DNA of 64,000 nucleotides from an uncultured Chloroflexia bacterium (GTDB lineage Bacteria; Chloroflexota; Limnocylindria; Limnocylindrales; CSP1-4): NCBI GenBank assembly GCA_963797685.1, contig CAWCQK010000017.1, positions 129,652 to 193,651 of the forward strand, read 5' to 3'. Shown piece by piece: positions 44,905 to 52,125 of this stretch (position 1 is its first letter; each line of letters starts with the position of its first letter). The notes under the pieces were generated by a model. It saw only the letters and a program-made list of their open reading frames with translations, ran no database searches and was not told where the DNA came from. The position numbers and the translations under genes were made by a program.

Positions 44905-46083
44905 TCAGCCCCGCGCCAGGCCGTCGAAGATGCGAGGACCCGGCACCCAGCTGACCGTGTCGACGCCGTCGAGCTGGAGACGCGCCAGGGCGACCTGCCA
45001 CGCTTCGCCTCCCGGTTCCCGCGCGTCGCCCGCGTCGCTCGTGCGAGCGTCGATGAGGTAGTCGGCGAGCCGCATCGAGACCCACGTCCGCCAGCTCGAG
45101 GACGTCGCATGGTGGCCCGACCCGGTGGGACCTCGCGGCGGATCGATCGCCCATGACAACAGCCCGTCGTCGGTCACGCCGGCCGTGAATGGCACGCCGT
45201 GAGGGCGACAGCCGACCGTCTGACCGCGGATGCGATCGGCGCCGCCATGGAGGTCGTCGAGGCTCGAGAAGTAGGCGACCATCTTGTCCGGTCGCGCGAC
45301 GTCGTCCACGGTCTTACCGATCTTGAAGCCCAGGACGCCCGGGGCGTCGGCCAGCGCCGAGGCGACCGCCCGGACCGCTTCCGGGAGCGTCTCGGTCGTC
45401 GGACTGACGTAGAGCTTGAACGGCGAGGACGAGCGCGTCCGCCTGGTCGGCGAGCGTCTCGGCTGCCAGCTTCGCCACGGCGAGTCGGGCGATGCCTGTT
45501 GCTGCTCGCTCCACTGCCGACTCAGGGTCGGCCCGGCTCCCCCGAGCGGGTCCCATGACGCGACCAGCCGGCGGAGTGCCGGGTTGACCGGTCGTCGGCC
45601 GTACATGTAGAGCCGGGTGGCGATGGTCTCGGAGGGGAGCGATCCCAGCGTGAGCAGGGCGTCGGCGTAGCGGATCGCCTCTTCGGACAGCGCGGCGGTC
45701 CGACCGCCACGACGAGCCTCGCCAGCCGGCGCGAGCGGCGCCCAGCCGGCGGCGCCGGAGCGGAACACCCCGTCCACCTCGACCTCGAGGATGCCGTCCA
45801 GGACGAGCCGCCCGAGCGTCGCTGTCAGGCGATCGCCCAACCCGCTGCGGAGATAGCCAGGGCACGGCCCGGGGACCATCAGGGTCAGGAACAGCAGGGC
45901 CGTATCCGTCGAGACGATGCGCGGCTCGAGCGGGCTCTCCGAGGTGGGCCGGAGGAGGCCATAGGGCGCGCGTTCCCGGTCGGCCTCCTCCGCCAGGGCC
46001 TGCCGCTCGACCACGCTGAGGCGATCGAGCGGCACGAGGTCGTACGCTGGATTGGCGCGCAGGATCGCCTCGCCGATCAGCAT
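44905..46083 (-). CDS. HopA1-like / LanKC-N-terminal-lyase-like protein (tentative family call)
   Basis: 392 aa from the ATG at 46083. The core FKLYVSP...GVLGFKIGKTVDDVARPDKMVAYFSS resembles the K-L-H/Y-V-S, F-K and D/G-K-x-V/T-x-Y pattern I associate with HopA1-family and class III lyase domains. The call is by motif memory only. Confidence 0.55.
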   Translation of the reverse strand: MLIGEAILRANPAYDLVPLDRLSVVERQALAEEADRERAPYGLLRPTSESPLEPRIVSTDTALLFLTLMVPGPCPGYLRSGLGDRLTATLGRLVLDGILEVEVDGVFRSGAAGWAPLAPAGEARRGGRTAALSEEAIRYADALLTLGSLPSETIATRLYMYGRRPVNPALRRLVASWDPLGGAGPTLSRQWSEQQQASPDSPWRSWQPRRSPTRRTRSSSPFKLYVSPTTETLPEAVRAVASALADAPGVLGFKIGKTVDDVARPDKMVAYFSSLDDLHGGADRIRGQTVGCRPHGVPFTAGVTDDGLLSWAIDPPRGPTGSGHHATSSSWRTWVSMRLADYLIDARTSDAGDAREPGGEAWQVALARLQLDGVDTVSWVPGPRIFDGLARG

Positions 46084-46105
46084 CGGCGTGTCCTGCGCGG
46101 GTCGA

Positions 46106-46471
46106 TCACTTCGAGGACTTGGCCTGCTTGGCGACGACTTCCTGGGCGGCGACGACTTCCTTGAGCTGAGCCTCGAGCTGCTCGCGCAGAACGCCGAGCT
46201 CCTCGACCTCGAGCGACTGGGCGACGATGTCGGTCCGCTCGTAGATCGTCTCGGTGGGCCAGATGGACCCCGGTCCACACGTTGGTCGTGTGCCGAACTC
46301 GCAGAAGTGGGAGAACCCGGGGCAGAAGGAGATGTAGGCCGGACAGAACGGGGTCCGGTAGATACAGGTGATGACCGACGGCAGGCGACAGGTCCCGAAC
46401 ACGCAGGCCACCAGGGTCTGCGACCCACACGGGAACTGCACCCGGAGCTTTCGGGCTTCGAAATCTGGCAC
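46106..46471 (-). CDS. 121-aa cysteine-rich protein (8 Cys at near-heptad spacing) with C-terminal coiled-coil-like helix; candidate substrate
   Basis: GTG start at 46471 with GAGGAGG 6 nt upstream. FPCGSQTLVACVFGTCRLPSVITCIYRTPFCPAYISFCPGFSHFCEFGTRPTCGPG, then SLEVEELGVLREQLEAQLKEVVAAQEVVAKQAKSSK. The stop is 22 nt before the next gene. Confidence 0.7.
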   Translation of the reverse strand: MPDFEARKLRVQFPCGSQTLVACVFGTCRLPSVITCIYRTPFCPAYISFCPGFSHFCEFGTRPTCGPGSIWPTETIYERTDIVAQSLEVEELGVLREQLEAQLKEVVAAQEVVAKQAKSSK

Positions 46472-46548
46472 GGCGAACCTCCTCGATCATGTGCTGACGG
46501 ACTCAGCGCGATCGTGAAGGGGAGTGCTGTCCGGACATGTCACTGGGA

Positions 46549-46610
46549 TATCACCGACCGGCGGCGGTTCCGTCACCGACCCGTCACCGCGTCGCCACGC
46601 GACCGTCACA
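46549..46610 (-). promoter_or_regulatory. array of 11-nt-phased GGTGACG heptamers (putative SARP boxes) upstream of the 121-aa gene
   Basis: Plus-strand CGTCACC (46571), CGTCACC (46582), CGCCACG (46593), CGTCACA (46604) and an in-phase TATCACC (46549). On the coding strand this reads TGTGACG-n4-CGTGGCG-n4-GGTGACG-n4-GGTGACG-n15-GGTGATA. Confidence 0.6.
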
Positions 46611-46631
46611 CGCGGGGCCCGCAGCACCGGA

Positions 46632-47471
46632 TCAGGTCCGGACGGCCTTCGCCGAGCCGGCCCCGAGCCCGTCGATGAGGGCCTCCATCTGCGGCGACGG
46701 CTCGAGACCCAGCTCATCGCGCATGATCTCGCGGTAGGCCCGATACCTCGCCACCGCCTCGTGCACGTTGCCCTCGGCGAGGTAGATCTTGATGAGGACC
46801 CGCTGAGCGCTCTCGCGCATCGGGTCGTCGGCGACCACCGCCAGGCTGACCTCGACGGCACGACCATAGCGGCCCTCCTCGGCCAGGCGGACGCCCAGCT
46901 GCTCGAGGGCGTGGAGCCGGATCTGTCGGAACCGTTCGCGGTGGGGCGCGACCCAGTCGTCGTCCCATTCCGGCAGGAGCTCGCCCGCGTCGGTCAGCTC
47001 GGCCAGGCGATCGTCATTCGCCTCGAAGGGCGCGTCGAGGAACCGCCTCGCGAGCTCGGTCAGGTCCCGGACGTCGACCGCGACCGTGCCGCCGAGCTCG
47101 ATCTCGTCCGACGAGCCGTCGAGCAGCAGCCGACCGGGCTGGCGCAATCGCCACAGGGCGGTCCGGAGCCGCGCCATCGCGCGCGGTTCGGCGGTGTCCG
47201 GCCAGAGCCGGCCGGCCAGACGGGACCTGGCCGCCGGCCTCTCGGCGAGGGCAAGGCAGGCGAGCAGCCGCTGCTCGGCTCGGGGCAGATGGACGCGCTG
47301 GCCATCGACCGACAGATGGAAGCCGCCCAGCAGCCGAAGTGTGCTGTCCGTCGTTCGCCCGGAAGCGTCGTCAGCCGGCGGCCGGGCTGTCACAGGCGAG
47401 TCCGTTGGCAGCGGAGCCCCGGAATCCGCGCCACGTCGGTTCATCGCGTCCCCCTGTTGTGGCAGCCCCAC
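46632..47471 (-). CDS. SARP-family regulator (OmpR-type winged helix + BTAD domain)
   Basis: LRLLGGFHLSVDGQRVHLPRAEQRLLACLAL...ARLRTALWRLRQ (wHTH) followed by LLPEWDDDWVAPHRERFRQIRLHALEQL...RVLIKIYLAEGNVHEAVARYRAYREIMRDELGLEPSPQM (BTAD). Confidence 0.85.
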   Translation of the reverse strand: MGLPQQGDAMNRRGADSGAPLPTDSPVTARPPADDASGRTTDSTLRLLGGFHLSVDGQRVHLPRAEQRLLACLALAERPAARSRLAGRLWPDTAEPRAMARLRTALWRLRQPGRLLLDGSSDEIELGGTVAVDVRDLTELARRFLDAPFEANDDRLAELTDAGELLPEWDDDWVAPHRERFRQIRLHALEQLGVRLAEEGRYGRAVEVSLAVVADDPMRESAQRVLIKIYLAEGNVHEAVARYRAYREIMRDELGLEPSPQMEALIDGLGAGSAKAVRT

Positions 47472-47534
47472 AGTACGGCCGATGGGGCCACCAAGCCACC
47501 AGAAAATGGTCCCAGGGACCTTCGGATGGCCGAT

Positions 47535-47622
47535 GTGGCGAACTCGTGGCGAAGCGGTGGCGAAGCCGTGACTCGGTCGTGATGGAGACGGTGACGATGC
47601 GGTGACGAGGGCCCGGTGACGG
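47535..47622 (+). repeat. eight tandem GTGRCG-type heptamers at about 11-nt period, opposite orientation to the other two arrays
   Basis: GTGGC/GTGAC cores start at 47535, 47546, 47557, 47568, 47579, 47591, 47602 and 47616 (spacings 11, 11, 11, 11, 12, 11, 14). They lie in the 159-nt gap between the permease stop and the SARP start. Confidence 0.75.
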
Positions 47623-47630
47623 CGCCGGCC

Positions 47631-50060
47631 TCACTCGGCCTGGAGCACTGGGGCGATGCGGGCTCGCGCCGCCCGAAGGGCCGGCAGATAGGCACCGACC
47701 GCGGCGATCGCCAGCCCGCTGAGCGCGAGCCCAAGGAGGAGCGTCGGAGCGAACACGTCGAACGTGCGCTCGGGGATGCGCGTCCCGGCGTCCACCTGGC
47801 CCATGTACACGAGGGCCGCCCGTTGGAACACGAGACCGAGCGGGACGCCGATCAGACCTGCGACGAGGGCGACCGGTAGCACGGAGGCGACGACCATGAC
47901 GATGACTTGTCGTGGGCTCATCCCGAGAGCCTTCAGCACCGCCATCTCGCGGGTCCGCTGCTTCGTCTCGAGCAGGACCGTGTCGAACACGCCACCGAGC
48001 GAGATCGCGACAAGGACGATGCCCATGAACGTGATGACCGAGATGAACAGGAGGAACCCTTCGTCGATGGCCTGGGGATCGAGCGCGCGAGCGGAGACGG
48101 CGTTGTTCGTCGCCTCGTTGAGCGCATCGGCGTACGCCGTCGGCGTCGTGGCTGACGTCGGGATGATCTCCCAGCTCGTGGGTGCCGCGCCGGGATCCAG
48201 TGTCGCGAGATCGGCGAAGGCGCCGCGCAGGACGAGGTGGTTGGTCTCCCGATCGGCCGTATCGAAGATCTCGCCGACGAGCCTGACCGTGACCTCGTGT
48301 CCACCGCTCGACAGCTGCAGCGTGTCGCCGAGACCGAGCCCGGTCTGGGTGAAGACCGCGGTCGGGGCGACGACCTCGCCCGGTCCCGCGAACCACCGGC
48401 CGGCGATCAGGTCGTAGCCCGTCCAGCTCGCGTCGCCGTCGTAGCCGACGAACGGCACCGGGCCGACGCCTCGAACGTTCACGGTGGTCCCCGCGAACCC
48501 GACCGATCGACCGGTCCCGGGCGCCGCGGCGATGGCCGCGCCGATGGTTCGCGGGTCGGCGGACGGATCGTTCAGCTCGACGCGGACGGGACTCGCCGCG
48601 ATCCGGTCGAGCTGTCCCTGCACCCGCAGCAACGACAGATTCATGCCGACCGCGAAGGTCACCGCGGCGACTCCGACGACCAGCGCACCGAGGGTCATCG
48701 CGGCCCGGACTGGGTGAGCCACGCCGGCCGCGACACCGAGCCGGCCAGGGACGCCGATCGGCAGACGGAGTCCCAGCCGGCGAAGGCGGCCCCCGTCACC
48801 CCGACGTGACGGCGCCGTCCCACGGGTGATGGCCCCGACCGCGCTGAGGCGTCCTGCGTCGATGGCCGGCCCGAGGGCGGCCAGCAGCGAGACCACGATG
48901 CCGACCGTCGTCACCGCGACGATCACCGTCGGTGAGATCGCGACCGAGCCCGGCAGCCCGAACGACTGGGCGGTGCGCGCGACCAGCGGCTGGCTGGCGA
49001 CCACTCCGGCGATCACTCCAAGCAACGTGCCGATCGTCACCGGGACCAGGATCTGGGTGAGGAGGATGGCCGTGACCTGGGCCGGCGTGAAGCCGACCGC
49101 CTTCATGACGCCGATGTCGCGGTAGCTGGTGAGGACGATCCCGCCCACGACGTTGGCGATGGTGAAGGCCGCGGCCAGCAGCGCGAAGATCGAGAAGGCC
49201 AGGAGGACCGGCACATACAGCTGGGCGGTCGATTCGACGTCGGCCTTGGTCTGGAGGTATGTCGTCGAGCTCACGACGTCATCCGCCGAGATGCCGGTGG
49301 TGATCCGCGCAAGGGCCGCCGTGAGGTCGGCTGCGCTGGCTGCCGGGTCCACCCGGTACAGCATCTGCTGGTCGGGTGGCGCATCCGGACCCACGAGGGT
49401 CGTGATGTCGCTCGGACTGAGCCAGCCGGCCACGTCCGGCGTGCTGACCGACGCGGCGATGCCGACGACCGTCGCGGTCAGGCCCTTGCCGGGCGTGGTG
49501 GGGCGCGCGCTGGCATCCGGTGCCGGCAGGACAGGTGTGCCGCCACCGCCCGGCGGGGTCCGGCCGAACCTCTTGTCGGGGTTCGGATCCGGGAGGAGCG
49601 GCACGCTGGCGCCGAGCCCGACATCGAGCAGCGTGGCGGTGTCCTGGTCGAGGACGATCTCGCCGGGTGCCGCCCACCATCGTCCGGCCAGCATCGTCAC
49701 GCGGTCGATGGCGTCGGTCGGCGTGGGCCGCCCGGACGCCAGCAGGCCGCCGAAGACGCCCTCCTTGCCGCGCAGCGCGAAGCCGGCGACCGGCCACGGT
49801 CCGGCACTGGCGGTGACGCCGCTCGCGGCCGCCGTCGCCGCCAGCTGTGCATCGGTCGTCGCCGCCGAGTAATCGACGACGAGATGTGCCCCGTTGGCGG
49901 CGGCAAAGGCGCGATCGAACGGCTCGTTCGTCTCGACCAGGATGCTGAGGGCAAGGGTCGCGCCGCCGGCGCCGAGGAACAGGACGATCGCGAGGACGAT
50001 GGACTGGAGCCGCCGCCGCCGAAGGTCGGCGAGGGACTTGGATGCCACGGCGCCCATCAC
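47631..50060 (-). CDS. ABC transporter permease, double FtsX-domain (MacB/BceB-like) type
   Basis: 809 aa. Two blocks of 4 TM separated by large extracytoplasmic regions, with FtsX-like segments (FSIFALLAAAFTIANVVGGIVLTSYRDIGVMKAVGF and TREMAVLKALGMSPRQV). Confidence 0.85.
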   Translation of the reverse strand: MMGAVASKSLADLRRRRLQSIVLAIVLFLGAGGATLALSILVETNEPFDRAFAAANGAHLVVDYSAATTDAQLAATAAASGVTASAGPWPVAGFALRGKEGVFGGLLASGRPTPTDAIDRVTMLAGRWWAAPGEIVLDQDTATLLDVGLGASVPLLPDPNPDKRFGRTPPGGGGTPVLPAPDASARPTTPGKGLTATVVGIAASVSTPDVAGWLSPSDITTLVGPDAPPDQQMLYRVDPAASAADLTAALARITTGISADDVVSSTTYLQTKADVESTAQLYVPVLLAFSIFALLAAAFTIANVVGGIVLTSYRDIGVMKAVGFTPAQVTAILLTQILVPVTIGTLLGVIAGVVASQPLVARTAQSFGLPGSVAISPTVIVAVTTVGIVVSLLAALGPAIDAGRLSAVGAITRGTAPSRRGDGGRLRRLGLRLPIGVPGRLGVAAGVAHPVRAAMTLGALVVGVAAVTFAVGMNLSLLRVQGQLDRIAASPVRVELNDPSADPRTIGAAIAAAPGTGRSVGFAGTTVNVRGVGPVPFVGYDGDASWTGYDLIAGRWFAGPGEVVAPTAVFTQTGLGLGDTLQLSSGGHEVTVRLVGEIFDTADRETNHLVLRGAFADLATLDPGAAPTSWEIIPTSATTPTAYADALNEATNNAVSARALDPQAIDEGFLLFISVITFMGIVLVAISLGGVFDTVLLETKQRTREMAVLKALGMSPRQVIVMVVASVLPVALVAGLIGVPLGLVFQRAALVYMGQVDAGTRIPERTFDVFAPTLLLGLALSGLAIAAVGAYLPALRAARARIAPVLQAE

Positions 50061-50749
50061 GCCACCATCCGCGCGGGCCGGTCGCCGCCGATCGCACCGT
50101 CGACGAGGTGGACGATGCGATGCGCACGCGTCTGTGCCAGCTGCTCGTCGTGGGTCACCAGGACGATCGTCTGGCCGCGTCGGTTGAGGTCCTCGAGCAT
50201 CGCCAGCGCGTCCTCGCCGTTCCGACGGTCGAGGGCACCGGTCGGTTCATCGGCAAGCAGCACAGCCGGCCCATTCACGATGGCGCGAGCGATCGCGACG
50301 CGCTGCCGCTCGCCGCCACTGAGCGTGCTCGGGAAGTGCTTCGCCTTGTCCGCCAGCCCGAGCTGTGCGAGGAGCGCCGTCACACGCTCCCGTGCTTCGG
50401 CGCGACTCGTTCCCGCGAGCAGCGCCGCCACGGCGATGTTGTCGGCCACGCTCAGGTCATCGAGCAGATGGAAGAACTGGAAGACGAACCCCACGCCGGT
50501 CCGCCGGAACCGCGCAGCGCCGGCTTCGCTGAGACGATCGACCCGGACACCGGCGACCTCGATCTCGCCCTGGGTCGGTCGGTCCAGGCCGCCGATCAGG
50601 TTGAGCAGGGTGGACTTGCCGCCGCCCGACGGGCCCATGATCGCGGTGATCCGGCCGGCCTCGATCTCGAGGTCCACGGCGTCGAGAGCCGGGTGAGTGG
50701 AGTCGTCGTAGCGCTTCGTGACGCCACGGAGACTGATGAGCGATGCCAT
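50057..50749 (-). CDS. ABC transporter ATP-binding protein (MacB/LolD-like)
   Basis: Walker A GPSGGGKST, Q-loop, signature LSGGERQRVAIARA, Walker B LLADEPTGALD. The ATG at 50749 has GAGGAG upstream. The stop overlaps the permease start. Confidence 0.9.
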   Translation of the reverse strand: MASLISLRGVTKRYDDSTHPALDAVDLEIEAGRITAIMGPSGGGKSTLLNLIGGLDRPTQGEIEVAGVRVDRLSEAGAARFRRTGVGFVFQFFHLLDDLSVADNIAVAALLAGTSRAEARERVTALLAQLGLADKAKHFPSTLSGGERQRVAIARAIVNGPAVLLADEPTGALDRRNGEDALAMLEDLNRRGQTIVLVTHDEQLAQTRAHRIVHLVDGAIGGDRPARMVA

Positions 50750-50901
50750 GGCAGGTCTCCTCAGGTTTCCTCGGTGGACCCCGAGCGTGACCGGACCGGA
50801 GCGGCCGGGGTATCGGCTGGGAGGACGGAATGGCATCGTGGGACGGATGAGCGACGACCCGTCTCCCCCATTCGGATGAGCCGACATCGGTCGCGCGCCG
50901 G

Positions 50902-52125
50902 ATGGACCGCGAGACGTGGCGGACTAGAGTGGTGGGGATGGCCGAACCGGTGGATCGCTCGCTCGAAGACGACGTCGCCCAGGACAAGCTCTGGCTCGAC
51001 TGGATCGTCGCGCTCGGGCCGGTCGCCGGCCTGATACTCCTCGGGATCCTCACTGCCGACGGTTCGAGGTCCACCAGCCTGGCGGCAACGCTTCTATTCG
51101 TCGTCATCCCGCTCTGCGTCCGGCGGCTCTTCCCCGTCCCGGTCCTGTTGGTCGTCGCGACCGGGGCCGTGCTGACGAGCGTGGGGTCACCCGTCGTCTG
51201 GGTCGAGGTGTGCGCCGTCGGCCTCGCGAGCTTCACCGTGGGCGAGCGGGCCAGCGATCGGACCAGGTCCGCGCTCGTGGTCCTTGCCGTGACGTCCCTG
51301 ATGGCAGTCGGCTTCCTCGCACAGGACGCCCGCCCGATCGAGGGTGTGGGGCTTCCGTTCGCGGTGCTGATCCCGACGTGGTTCCTGGGTGACGTCGTCC
51401 GTGGCCGTCGGATCGAAGCGCAGCGACAAGCAGAAGCGCGGGAGCGATCCGCGCGCGAGCGCGAGGCACGCCTCCAGGCGGCGGCCGTCGAGGAGCGCCG
51501 GCACGTCGCCCGCGAGCTCCATGACGTCGTCGCCCACGCCGTCAGCGTGATGGTCATCCAGGCCGGCGCGGCCCGACAGGTCGTCCGGACGTCCCCCGAC
51601 CAGGCGGAGCAGTCGATGCTCGCCATCGAGTCGGTCGGGCGCGACGCGATGACCGAGCTGCGGCGTTTCCTCGGTGCGCTGAGCGATGACGGCGAGTCGG
51701 CCGGGATCGCGCCGCAACCCGGGATCCAGGCTTTGCCGACGCTCGTCGACCGGGTCCGCGAGGCCGGACTCGCGGCGTCGCTCGAGACGGACGGGTCGCC
51801 GCGGCCCGTGCCCGCCTCACTCGACATGACCGTCTATCGGATCGTCCAGGAGGCCCTGACCAACGCCCTCCGATACGCGCGCGAGGCGGCGACCCTCGTT
51901 CGCCTGAGCTGGGAGCCCGACCAGCTTCGCGTCGAGATCCTGGACGACGGTCCGGCGACCGCACCGGGCGAGGGCAGCGGACGGGGCCTCGTGGGGATGC
52001 GCGAACGAGCCGCGCTCATCGGGGGACGGCTCGAAGCCGGCCCCAGGATCGGCGGAGGGTATGCGGTCAGGGCATGGCTGCCGCTCGACCCGGGTTCCGC
52101 GGCGATGGAGCCCGATCCGCGATGA
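50902..52125 (+). CDS. sensor histidine kinase, HisKA_3 (NarX/LiaS/DesK-like) type
   Basis: About 5 N-terminal TM helices, H-box [18 protein letters not shown], and an ATPase region ([25 protein letters not shown]). Confidence 0.85.
   Translation: MDRETWRTRVVGMAEPVDRSLEDDVAQDKLWLDWIVALGPVAGLILLGILTADGSRSTSLAATLLFVVIPLCVRRLFPVPVLLVVATGAVLTSVGSPVVWVEVCAVGLASFTVGERASDRTRSALVVLAVTSLMAVGFLAQDARPIEGVGLPFAVLIPTWFLGDVVRGRRIEAQRQAEARERSAREREARLQAAAVEERRHVARELHDVVAHAVSVMVIQAGAARQVVRTSPDQAEQSMLAIESVGRDAMTELRRFLGALSDDGESAGIAPQPGIQALPTLVDRVREAGLAASLETDGSPRPVPASLDMTVYRIVQEALTNALRYAREAATLVRLSWEPDQLRVEILDDGPATAPGEGSGRGLVGMRERAALIGGRLEAGPRIGGGYAVRAWLPLDPGSAAMEPDPR

Noticed and set aside
46472-46631. A search for a short classical precursor-peptide ORF in the gaps of the cluster, including 42408-42518 and 47472-47630.
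   Set aside because: I found only a 47-codon frame overlapping the SARP 3' end (…VTEPPPVGDIPVTCPDSTPLHDRAESVST) and an 11-codon ATG ORF. Neither has an SD and both coincide with the heptamer arrays, so neither is convincing.
47535-47622. The 11-nt periodic array considered as a CRISPR or minisatellite.
   Set aside because: The unit is far too short, with no spacers of CRISPR size, and no cas genes are present. The same heptamer recurs at two promoters in the cluster, which favours a protein-binding array.
47616-47879. An 87-aa plus-strand ORF beginning in the last heptamer of the inverted array.
   Set aside because: It is antisense to the well-supported FtsX permease 3' end, is charged and low-complexity, and has no SD. 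If anything is made here it is more likely a non-coding antisense RNA.
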